64,000 nucleotides of DNA from Fimbriosthenelais zetlandica (taxonomy: Eukaryota). Position 1 is the stretch's first letter. Each line of letters begins with the position of its first letter. Shown piece by piece: positions 52,494 to 64,000 of the stretch. The position numbers and the translations under genes were made by a program. The stretch spans positions 59,458,001 to 59,522,000 of the forward strand of contig OZ365109.1 of NCBI GenBank assembly GCA_977030845.1. Reading direction: 5' to 3'. A model generated the notes under the pieces. It was not told the DNA's origin. It was given only the letters and a program-made list of their open reading frames with translations, and did no database searches.

Positions 52494-55400
52494 CTGTCAA
52501 ACAGGGAAAACATCAATAAGAATTGGCGAACACAACTCACAAGTGAGGCAGGCCTTGTAATATACATAATCCAAAATAATCACCTCAACTATGCTACAGT
52601 AGGTATATAGCATATCGCGGAAATAACAGAAACGAAATTACCCTAGTGTTTAAAGGGATTTGAATCATGAAATATGCGTAAATGTTTCAGATGTGTGTTG
52701 TGTTGTACATGTGTATATGGGTATGTAGAAGAAAACATTGTTAAGATGTATTTTTCAAATTGGATTGGCGTGATCCCTCGGAAACAATGACAATTCATAC
52801 AAGCATATTCTGAAGTGTAGGACCTGTGGACATTGACAACAACTGAATAATGAAATGAACATGTATATATATATATAGGCCTACAAGTCTATCTGCCTCC
52901 CTTTGCCTTTGGCGCTGATGTGTATGGCTATTAAGACATTGGAATACTGCACAAATTATTTATACAATTTTGGACGGGTTCTCACTAGTAGAGCTCAGTG
53001 TGATGACAAATATACTATCCCCAAAAATATCCCAGACTGGCCTCAATAATTCAACAGGCAATCTAAATATAACTCAGCTAAGTGCACAACATGATATAGC
53101 AGGTTGAAACACCTTGTGTCATGACCATTTACTTCAATTTCACGAAACATCTCAAGTCTCCATAGCAATGCCTTGCCAGCTCTAACGCGCCCTTAACCAT
53201 ATGCACACCTCTGACGCTGCACCTGCCTCCTTAATTGCCAAGCAGGCAACAAAATACTCAGCATTGAGAAAGCTAACTGTCATGAAACACTCTGTTTCCC
53301 TTGAAAGTCTCTCAAGGCTGGGACACCGAGGGAGAAAAGTGATACTCCACATATTGTTTGGTCTTTTCTTGTTCGGCCTTTCAGTCCCGCTCCCTGGCTA
53401 TACCAAGGATGGAGAGAGGAGGCAGTCTGGCCACCCAGCTTGTCGGCTCCTGCCGCTGTGGAGACGGTTGCCGCCCACCGCCTCCCGCGCCTTCTCAGGG
53501 TCCGGGCTATACAAAGGCCCCCTGCGGTGAACCATCAGATGGTTTTCCGTCTAACCACTCTAACCACCCCATATCTCTACCCAACCCATCGACTTTCAAC
53601 CAACTAACACTTTCTCCCTGGTCATCAGGGCGCCATAGCTCAAGACGGGCCGCCCCCAGGCCCCAGATTCCTTTATTAGCAATATAGGAGCGCATAAGTG
53701 TAAAATATTCCATCTGAAGGATATATAATTTAAGTACAGCACTTCACTTTTCCAAATCTGGAAACGATTAATTTATTCCGGCGAGAAAACGATAATGTAG
53801 ATAAATACAGGACGCATAGCCTATATGGCTTGCTGCACTTGATGTAATGAAGATGAAGCCAAGTTAAAAGTTCATACATCTACATATTAAATATTATATT
53901 TATTTTAAGAATTAATGTCGTCGTTAATATCTAAAGGAATATAATAGAGAAGAATATAGGCTTGCTATAAAGATATATAAACCTAAATTATTAGGCCTAT
54001 ATATGCAAAATATTATGATGATTTGATGGAATAATTATGATGATAATGTCTATAAATAATATGTACGCGTATAACTATTTATTATTATGTACCATCTCCA
54101 CCTGTCTGTTAAGTATATTATACACTAGCTAGTAAGCCTGACAGACCCTCCTCCCGTACACACCAACAGATGTGTCCCACGGCACAAAAACCCTCTTTTC
54201 CCACGAGCGGCGCGTCTCCAAGAATTAGTCGCCCATATAAAAACCCATCACCCAAGCCGTCCAATCGTCGCCGCGATTTTTCGCCACCAAATCACTTGCC
54301 ATTATCGGTTTAAGATTCAAATCATACGACGCTTATCCGAAAACGAGTTGACAGCACTGGTATCGACAATGATGACATTACGGTCAATCGCTTCGCCAGC
54401 GTCGACGGAGAAGGAGAGGGTTCCAAATCCTCTCTTTATACCGGCATGCTAAAAACAATGATCAATTTCCCCCACCCCCTTAAAATTCAGGCTTAGTATT
54501 CTGTGGACAATTATGATATAAGAATATTGATTTTCTCTCGGATCGGGTTTAAAAAAAATAATGCTTACGGTCTCTGGGAGGCCAGTTCACCTTTCCCTTC
54601 GAATTGCAGGACAATCCCTAATGCGCCATATGTCATTTAATTTCTAATTATTTAACAGAAATAATTCCTGTTCACCTGTTGTGTGACTCTTATGTCCAAA
54701 ATGCCAATTTAAAAATGTATAAATTTACATTGAAAGTTCCGGGTGAAAGTATGAAATATTTTTCCACAACATTGTAACCCAGCATCATGAGTCATTTAAG
54801 ATGGCCGCGGCCCGGCCCGATATCTAATGTCTTTATTGTCAAGAACCATCCTTCTTCCACGCCTTCAAGAAGGAGACAGCAGCAGGCAAGAAGGAAGCTG
54901 GGAATTATATCGGATTGTTAATGCCTTCAAGTCCTCTTCAATATCGCCCAGCGTGACAACAAACAATCACTTTTTGTCTTACTCCTTCTCTAACTGAATA
55001 GGTCTCAGGCCTGTTGGATGTAAAGACATTTTAAACCTTATTTTTGACGCAAGTGATTTGTAACATTATGTTTATTATTATGAGGCATGTTTCATAATCC
55101 TCGTCCCCTGAGCAACCAAACTGGGCCTAATTTATTCAGTATACTATATTTCAGAGGTGATCGAATTGCCCATTATCAAAGAAGCTCAAAAAGCTTTTGC
55201 AAATAGGTCGCTGTATATATACATAGGCCCTATATATCTCATTATTTGTGACCAAACCATCATTGCACTCTTGTATAAAAATTATCGTATAGAAATTGGT
55301 TTTCTTTGTGCAACAAAATTGAAATCATTGGGCTTGAAGGGCCTTAGTAAATGTTTCCACTTTGGATTCATACCTGATAATTCTGAACATGTTATCTCAA

Positions 55401-58400
55401 AGCTTGACGAGTGGTATTAAAAAAAACAAACGATGATTGACAATACCCCGATAACCTATACTCGTTTGATAGAGGCACTAGACGCAATAATCAAACAAAA
55501 GAAGCTGTCACTAGATGTCTCTCCAATTGGGGGCGGTGAGTCAAGCCCAGCGGAAATTCTATTCTGCGCATGTCACAGCGAGCCGCCGAGCATCATGGGT
55601 GAGATGAGGGGCGACTGATGGTGCGCTAGATTACGCCCAAAGTCAATGTCGTGTTCGAGACGAAGCCTACATACAAGGTCCCTTGTCGATGAGGGACACG
55701 GGAGGGGAGGGGCAGGAGGTGGGGGCAAAAGTTCCATTAGATGGTAGGTATATTATCGGGGACTGGTGGCCTTGAAATTAGAGGCAGACTTCAGAATTCT
55801 GAAATATTGTAATTTCCTCGGCAGTCTGGGATGTCTGTGTAACTTATACTATAGGTAGGCCTATATAGCTCTCCAGACGTGCAGTAGGTATAAAGATCTA
55901 TAAGAAAGTTGTTGAATATAATATTATTATTGTCAGGACCCCTTAATTAAGTTGCTCAAATTTAATTTGTAAGCTCACACACTGTTACTAAAAATAAACC
56001 CTAATAATATTGCAAATATTATGCAGACGCAAATATATAGGGACTTCTATGTAGGATTAAAAAGATCTCTATTCTTTAAGAAATATTTTTTGTATCCAAT
56101 TGGTGAACTTCAATTGAGTAGAACACTCCATACATGCTGCGGCTCTTTTTATTCCTTCCATTCTCTCAAAGATCACCAGCCCCCTTCCCAGTCCCCACCC
56201 ATATGTCAATATTTTTCAACATTCATTACGAGAAGTATTTTTTTGTCAATTGATGTCAGTGACGATGAAGAAAAGAGACCCTAGCGCTTTACTATTGACA
56301 GCCATTTTCTCTATACAGAAAAGCATTCGGCATTAGGCGTGGCAAGGCTCTCTCCAGTGCCACCCCCAGCCTCGCCCAAGCTCACTATTTGAATCAAAGC
56401 CCCCTTTAGCACCGTTTCGAATATCTGCACACGCGATGCAAATTTCATCTTTTGCCTTTCAATTAAGTAGAATCAGCCGTTTTAAATGATTGGGCAGCCT
56501 TGCTTAATCTGTGCATTATTTGCACTTGATGGCGCATCGCAGCTTCATCAATATCTGACATTCGGCTGACTTAAACTCTATTAAAGCTTGATTGTTGACA
56601 GGAAATTTTAAACGGTCCCATTAAAGATACGAGGAAAATGGGAAGAAAAGGCAAATTATTAATTGATTGTGCCGAGCTGGGACAATACTTAGATCCGGCA
56701 ATAGAAGCGGGCACAATCAGCTTATGGCAAAGCCCCTACACGCGAACTGTCACGCGGCCCTCCCTGTAAGCCATTGACTACAATCCCCTTTCCTTCTATA
56801 GCACCCCCTCCTCCTACGGCCTGCCTATAGCCAGACTCAACCTTAAAATTCACTCCGCATTATATACAACAGATGATAGTTCATTTCTTTCACCCCATTC
56901 ATTACAACATTGCCTCTCAGTCTCAAGTTCAATCACAAAGCAGTGTCACTGTTTGAAGGGAATCAGAAAGAATTTATGAGTTTATAATTGATTTATAAAC
57001 TGTGGTGTGATTGGGTAATGAGTGAACAGATTGCGTTTGATTGAAGTTGAATAATTCAAGTGTTGATGTGTGTCAGAACACACCCTGTTGGCACGCAAAA
57101 TTAAAACTGCCATCTGTAAAATTATTTTTTACTCAAATTCCATGGGGTTGTAGATCATGGTATTCCCCATTTCAATATTATGTAATTTAAAAAGATTCTA
57201 TACATTAATTTTAGAGAGCAAAGAATCAATATTTATCAAGGGATATATACGATAAGAGATGCATGGGACCAAGCAATAGAGATGTATCACTATGAAGTAT
57301 CTTTTAGTAAAATTACTATACTGGAAAGTGAACCTCGTCACCACCAATTTTCTTCTAATAGTAATCCTTTAATGGGTGAATCTACCTTTAAAATATGGCC
57401 ACAAAGAAAGACTGCTGTCCACCTGATTTGTTGTATGGTGTTTAGCCGATTTGCTTGGTCATTGCACAATTCACCTGCCGCATCTGGGAGGACATCAAAG
57501 GTGTATGGCCTTCATGTCCCTCAGCGGTCTCCTTAAGGAGCGATCATTAAATGAAGATGCCGGCCTGCTAATTGTGGCTCTATATATAAACCTATGTGTA
57601 TACCACACACCTAGTTTGTCAGGTGGGCAGCGGGCCTATTAGTACACCTCAACAGGTGATCAAAGGCTTTACATTAATAAGGCGGGTGTCTAGGCACCTG
57701 TAAAAGTGGGATGTGGTCACTTTCATTGCTTTCTTCATCCCCCCACACCTCCCCATCATCTTCTTAAAGGGTGACTATCTCTTTTATTTACTCTTAGGCC
57801 TCAGCTCATCTCCCCCGGGAAATTATATCGCAAGCGTTAAGATAATTATCTCAATTATTGGAGTTCAGTGTATCCCCCCGTGGGGTGTGTTTAAGATAAT
57901 GCTATCTAGGTTTGATACTTAATTACCAGTACAAACAAAATGCAATCTGAACGATAGTGATTATACAGAAACAGTAAAATAAGAAAATATTCAACCGTGA
58001 ATAGAATATGTACATTTAAAAAATTCAAAATCATTACATTTGGAGGATTATAGTTCAATGTAGCCTGACACTACGTGTAATCTTGGACATTGGTGTCATT
58101 CTAGACTTTTTAGACCTTAAACCTATTTTTAAATCAATACAAAAAAGTAGGTTTCGGGAGATTTATAGGCCTATTATATAGCCTAGCTAATGAGAAAAGA
58201 ATTCGCGTCTAAAGGTTTCTCTACAGGTAGGCCCATAGGCTGAAATAGGCAATTGTACATATTTTGCCAAAAGACTTTCAGCAGAATTTAGTTGTAAATT
58301 TACCAGTTGTGATGGAATTAACCCTTATAATTCAGACATGCACTTAATGCGGAAATCCATAATTATGTATACCAGGATTTCTCTTATAAGCGACCCTTGC

Positions 58401-58492
58401 CATATTATCATGAAATATGATTATGTGGTGTTCTTTCAGCATTTAATTTATTAAAAACAAAGAGACCACCCCTATTGCCGTATACTACTCAC

Positions 58493-58973
58493 GTTTAGGA
58501 TCGCCCAGTCTGGAGTTGCCCTGGAGTTGTTGTTGGGCGTCCTCCCTGTGTTGTGAGGTGGCATCCTCCAGGCTTGGATGTGACAGACTGTTGGTAGTAC
58601 ATATGACCCCATTACCTGGAGAACTGGCCAGTGGTGGTGGACTCCTCCTGGGCATCTCACACGATCCCTGAACCCTACTTTTGATCCCCAGTATAGCGTC
58701 TATAGTATGGGTGGGATTGCTGGCAGGTAGGGACTTGGAGTCGCCAGCTTCCCCTGGATGAGAAGCCAAGTGGTGCCGATGGAGGTTATGTTGGTGATGG
58801 TGTGTATGGTGGTGTCGCCCAGGCCCGCTGGAAGCTTTGGGCGCCGCGCCAATGCCACTCTCTCCCGCTGTTTCCATGTTAACCGCCGGTCCTTCACTGC
58901 CGCACGGACCGTACATGATCGGCGACCGTGGAGAAGCAGGAAAATCCACTTCTTCTGATGGGCTTTTAGACAT
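58493..58973 (-). CDS. rx: Retinal homeobox Rx/Rax, coding exon 1 (His-rich segment and octapeptide)
   Basis: ATG at 58973 with A at -3. Octapeptide HTIDAILG at 58709-58686. Donor C|GTGAGT after 58493. 481 bp = 160 codons + 1, phase 1 matching exon 2 (C+TG = Leu). Small intervening exons in the 6 kb intron cannot be excluded. Confidence 0.87.
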
Positions 58974-59079
58974 TGTAAAACCCTTCCTTTAAATATACAA
59001 GTGGGCCTATATTTTCAATATGTTGGTTGCAACAAATAAAATCCCAGAGTTCTTCTTGGAAATTAATTTAGAAAGCCCA

Positions 59080-59620
59080 TTTAAATAGTATAGTCAGTAG
59101 AAGAAAATATTTTATATAAAAAAGGTATCTAAAGCCACTGTTGATGGATTATATATTTTCTTGAATTAATTGTAATTGATGGGAAGTATCCAGCATGATT
59201 GAGATGAAATGTCTAGGCTGAAGATCACTTGCTCTGGTGCTTCCTCAGATAATTTCTGAATGACCAACTGTGGTAAATGACGAAGAAGGCGGAGTGCAAC
59301 AGAGAGTATGTCCTAATTGTAGACAGTGTTCACTTGATGTCCACCAAGGATCTCCCTTAACTCGATCCTTTTCACCCAGGTGGTAGAATGATGTCCTCGG
59401 GACTGTGCTCTCGACCGTGAACCTCGTCATCCCTCGCGAGATCCCGTAGGTTTAGTTAAAAGTGGGCGTGTCTTCCCTAGACGGCGACCAATGAGATGAC
59501 CGGATTGTCTATTGGGGACTGCCAGTCATCATTTGCCTGCTGGCGCCCCCTCATCGACCACAGAGGGCAAACACAAGGGCGGCCGCTAGAGGGGGCGGTG
59601 GTGGGCTGGGGTAATTTCAT
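59080..59620 (-). promoter_or_regulatory. Probable rx core/proximal promoter
   Basis: TATATAAAA at 59118-59110 with Inr-like CTATTT (A at 59086). Upstream CpG-rich island with GC boxes (gtgggcgtg ~59463, gggggcggt 59591-59599) and CCAAT (~59488). TSS position is uncertain. Confidence 0.4.
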
Positions 59621-61468
59621 TAAGTGAGTGCCATTAATAGAGCTGTGTTGGTCAATAGCATTGATCCAACGGGGCCAGCAGCCGGGGGATACTATGGATC
59701 CGCCAATAAATGACTGCTCCTTGCCAATGCAAACACTTGCATTGTGTTGGCTTCTTTTGGGCGCGAACAGTATCCGCACGCAAAAAACATGGAGAGCTAA
59801 TGTTTGCAATCACAATGACCGGGCTGATGCTCGAGAGGACAAGCAAATAACAAATAAGTCACTCCAGACCTGTATTATTCCCAGACATTAGATTAGCCCA
59901 ATAGAGGTAATATCACATGTGGGTATGGCTGATTCTTAATGAAGCACACCTTTGTTGATAGAGAATTACATGTCCCCACATGTTACCATAGCAAATCAAT
60001 GGAAACCATATACCATAGCATTTTCCTACAGTCAGACCCTATTTACTAGGAGTCGGTTAATGAGCCAATTGTCAAGTTTAACTACATAGTCCAAACGACA
60101 GTTAACGGAAAGGCATCATGAATTAACCAGTGAAAATAACAAGTTGCCACTGTGGACTGGGGATCACACATAACAGCTCTCCTATGACCGTAAAATGGCT
60201 GACACTCGTCAATTAGAACTTTTCCTAATCCTCTTTAAGCTTAGCCATAATTAAGGTGGGGTTGAGCTGAGTTCACCTCACACCCGAGACCTCCATCCCC
60301 TCTGGTCATTATAGGAATTATCATAGGATATATCAAGCGTGACATCCTCAGGGTCAAAACAGAAATCTTTCCATTGTGACATGATTGTCCTGTACAGTTT
60401 TTGGTGCGCGATGCAATTTAAGTTTGTGCAGAATGGCGCTCTAATTCAACTGGAATCAACATTCCCCCATTTATTAAATTTTAGGCTCGTTGCTGGATCC
60501 AGCATTTTGGAAGCGGGGGTGGGGGCTGGGTGGGTGGGAGGGGGAGGGGGGCAACTATACAAATGTGACAGGACATGATCAGCGCGTTTGTAATGCTCAA
60601 ACCAGCAGGGTATAATATAGCAGTTGCTTCTTCTGTGACAATAATTTAGAAGAGAGAGAACTTTCCTCTATAATTTAGCATTGGAAAGTCAGTGACAAGA
60701 ATTACATCATTGATTGGAGTTCAGTATCTCTATAATATGCAAATGTTTCAGCAATTGGTATAAATGATTAGACGCTAGTTCTTAATCCAACCGAGTATCC
60801 TTTGTATACTGTAACGTTACTTCCTCAAATAACTTTCTATCCCTTTATATTTAGGTCAATAAGTTACGTACGCGATAGAACTGGTATTTTATACTTTATT
60901 GAATTGCACTATTGACTTAGTTACTTATCCCTTAAACTGAAGTAGATTAGGTTTATCCAATTGTTTGTTAATAGTTTAAACAATTTATACATATTGATCG
61001 AGAGGGGGAGTTTATTTGGTTTAATGCTAAGACTGAAAACAGTATGTATGATCGTAAAAGCGAAATTCCATTAAACATGCAGATATCTTTAACCATTATA
61101 GTCAACCTACATCTAATAATAATGTGTCGTCACAGATCGATATGAAGAAATAAATGCAAACTTAAAGTAATTTAGGTTCAATTAGAAAATTATACAATTT
61201 TTATAATATATTTCTGCGTATGCTAATCGACTGCCTTTGTGGGAATGCAGGCCTTAATTTTACACCAAATACTTTCTCCAATAACACAATAACGCCACTA
61301 ATTCAAGCGCAATTTCTGATTCGAATTGAAACAAGACGAAAAACCCCCAGTAGATTTTGCCCAAATTGAATTATGACAGTTTAATTACAAAATTAGACTT
61401 CTTCATTGGTGAACTCAATTTCTCCCCCTCACATCCATTAACTTCAAGATGGGCATTTTTGTAGAGGC

Positions 61469-61482
61469 GCACCAGGTGGCGC
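61469..61482 (+). promoter_or_regulatory. Candidate CTCF site upstream of rx
   Basis: gCACCAGGTGGCGC, 13/14 match, inside the imperfect palindrome 61464-61485; CCAAT box ~25 bp away. Confidence 0.4.
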
Positions 61483-64000
61483 CTCGACGGCAGGTTTTAG
61501 CCTAGCCAATCAGAGTGGACTTTCTCGAGAAGGAGGCTCTCTGGGTGTTGGGGATCCTGGCTGTCACTACAGATACACTTCCAATTCATCAGCCTGCTAT
61601 CTTGACCCAGAGAAAAGGGATTTAATTAAAAGGCAGAGCGGGTTAGAATTACCACTAGGGTGGCTTGGAAATGACCCCTATTAATACGTGCAAAGAGCGA
61701 GATCAAATGAATAAGATCAAGACATCTAGCAGTTGATTTTTGACAGCCACACTTCATTCTCATACGCGTCACGTACGTCATGCTCAAATATGAATCTGTA
61801 AAGGGTTGATGATAAAAAATAGGCTCACAGCCCCAGGATTTTTTTTCCAGATTTTTTTTTTTACCATGATTTGATAAAACAAATTAATATTGGATGCTGT
61901 GACAATATTATGAAAGTATAGATACCAGTTATTTTATAGTTTTTTAAATCCCCTCGAATATTGGGTTAAAATCTGTCTGAAGATGTTCCATAATTGATTC
62001 CATTTTCACATCCCTTCACATACCCAGATTTGGGAGGTTGCAATTTTGTGCACACTTGTTGGAGTATTTTATTTCTTATGCATGCATATGATGGACCTGC
62101 AACCTGCAAATGAATGGCAATTTATGGCATGTATGAACATACTTGAATTAAGCATTCGCCAGGGGAACTTTTTATTGCTTACGAGCCGCTGAAAACGATG
62201 GGCAATTTCGGTACTTATTGGAACCTGAAAGGTGAATTATTAAGATGGCGCCCAAGTGGAATTATTGTGTGGCGTGCTCTTCTTGGCGCTCTGCATGCTG
62301 GGGGTATGTGGGCCAAGGTAGGGGGTAGGGATGGGAAATCGCCGTAAACAAATTGGTTGACGACAGAAAGCAATTTGTCAGCAAAGTGGCGAGGAAGAAC
62401 TGGGGACTTGTCGGTGTCTAGGAGGGGCGCCCTATTAGTGTAGCCAGCACGACAGCTCGCTGAGGGAAGCGGTGATAACCTTTGACTCACGAAGCACCCT
62501 CAGTCCTCCCTCCCAATAGAAGTCTTCTGAGACAGTCCAAATTATGGAGCCAATTACCATTAATTCTTGTATCGATCGACGAGGAGTAATAAGCCCTCAA
62601 ATTAACGACCTCCGATTTCTCCTCGCGTTATGCATAGAAAGACAAGTGCAGGAAGGTTGCAATTATTTCTAATTTGGTTTAAATTAGACAAAAATGGCCC
62701 AAAATTTTAGACATCATCTGGCTTGCATGGTCCAAACTTCAAAAATGAAATATCCACGGTTACTAGGGTCATTCCTTCCGAGCTGTCGCCCAAACTCTTT
62801 TCAATATGACATGGAAGAAAGGTTAAGTTTTCTTCATGACAGATTTTGAGTTATTAGTGGACGGCCATTGACTCGGAGTTAACCATTGCCTCCGGTGTTG
62901 GAGAGCTCTCAATCCTCCCACACCTCTGCTGTGAATTAAACAGTCAGACAAAGGTTAACACTGAACGATTTACTCGCTCTGACACACACAGAGAAGATCA
63001 AGGGCTGAGAGTAGATTTCAAGAAGGCACCACAGGCAAAAATAGGGGTAGAGGCGAAGTGTTGTAAGAACTGTAAAGAAGACAAAATAACGCCATTATAA
63101 CGCAACGAGGGGCGCATAGAAAACCTACACAAACAGCTGAAAAGGCTGAGGGGCTTCTGGCGCCCATGGCTCGGGGTCCAGGGTGCTGGCAGGTAGGGTA
63201 TTGTGTGGGGGTATTTGTGGGTATTTAGGCCTACCTTTTCCTGTACACCTCATAAAAGGACCGCTAGATAGTGTGAATAACCCCCTTCTTTTCCCATCTT
63301 CTCAACGACAGACCGTCCCTCGCGTGGGGTAGGTATAGTACTTGCCTTCCCCCTCCTTACCCCCACCCCTCAAAACTCCATCCCACCACCAAGGTCTAAC
63401 TCTATTAGATGTCATTAGCTTAGTCTCTGTCCTTTCAGAGCCACTCTGGCGCGATGCCCTAGCACGGGCATCAACTTAATTATGACAGCCACAGGCAATT
63501 AGACCTAGACCAAGGTGGCCGGTCCCGGCTATAGAGCCATGACTGAAGACCTCCGTCAATGTCGCTTGTCTTTTCCCTCTTTTTTCTAAGCTGGGACTTT
63601 AGAAAAGTACCCTTCGGAGGGCGTTTGCGTTTCACACCGACGTTACATACATATTGTAGACGATGAAAGGCCCCGATTGCTCTACGACCGCCCTCGGCCA
63701 AACCTCCGTCTTTGAAAATGCTTGATCTACAGCCCCCAGGAACCCAATCTAAATACACAGCTTAAGCTTTTTCCCTCTCTCCCCTTTTTTGTGGCAGAGG
63801 TGAATAGCTGAAGGCGCGCTCCTTGCTAACAAAGTTAAACGTCTGAATGGTATGAAGGAAAAACAGTCCCCGAGGCCGAGGCCTAATCTTTCCTTTGAAT
63901 TCCACAAATAATGCTCAACAACGGGACCAATATCACTATATATGATCATGATTAGACTGGTCCCTGTTATGGATGGATTATAATGCAAAGTTGCTGCTAA

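Noticed and set aside
1246-58958. ORFs overlapping or antisense to homeobox exons (e.g. 1246-1563, 8407-8628, 35502-35804, 58758-58958)
   Set aside because: Shadow frames of GC-rich coding exons with no independent protein signature.
4745-61245. Su(H)-type GTGGGAA sites and Rx PCE-1-type CAATTAG sites
   Set aside because: Counts by eye (about 10 and about 18) are not clearly above expectation (about 5.5 and about 12).
7868-61251. Identical 15-mer TTGTGGGAATGCAGG at 7868 and 61237
   Set aside because: Several 15 bp matches are expected by chance among all position pairs in 64 kb.
62215-64000. Possible orthopedia 3' exon in ORFs near the window end
   Set aside because: No WFQN helix or OAR motif found in the listed ORFs or by eye.
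1-64000. The many 60-110 aa ORFs in the track
   Set aside because: Length and number match random expectation for non-coding animal DNA, many use non-ATG starts, and none resembles a transposase, reverse transcriptase or known domain.

Overview
Eukaryotic, animal genomic DNA (roughly 40% GC, GT-AG introns) carrying two PRD-class Q50 homeobox genes in tandem on the minus strand. The first is homeobrain (hbn; CDS join 10275-10071, 8791-8298, 1792-1214; 425 aa). The second, about 25 kb upstream of it, is retinal homeobox (rx; CDS join 58973-58493, 52493-52198, 35981-35499; 419 aa). Splice phases close correctly for both, and both proteins have octapeptide + homeodomain + OAR. This is two thirds of the known Homeobrain-Rx-Orthopedia (HRO) cluster and points to a non-chordate invertebrate; otp is not in the window. 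The other ~96% is non-coding, alternating AT-rich spacers with CpG-retaining, motif-dense islands. I see no tRNA, rRNA, CRISPR array or transposase ORF, and I cannot demonstrate a wholly new system. The best leads are: (1) a tandem array of pre-miRNA-sized hairpins between the genes; (2) strongly over-represented TA-flanked palindromes (TACATGTA, TAGGCCTA) resembling Tc1/mariner excision scars; (3) an ~800 bp nested foldback repeat; (4) CTCF-like and YY1/Pho-like motifs across the locus; (5) a PXDLS CtBP-type motif in Hbn. All expected counts are hand estimates (independent bases, 40% GC) and motif tallies are by eye, so they are minimum counts.
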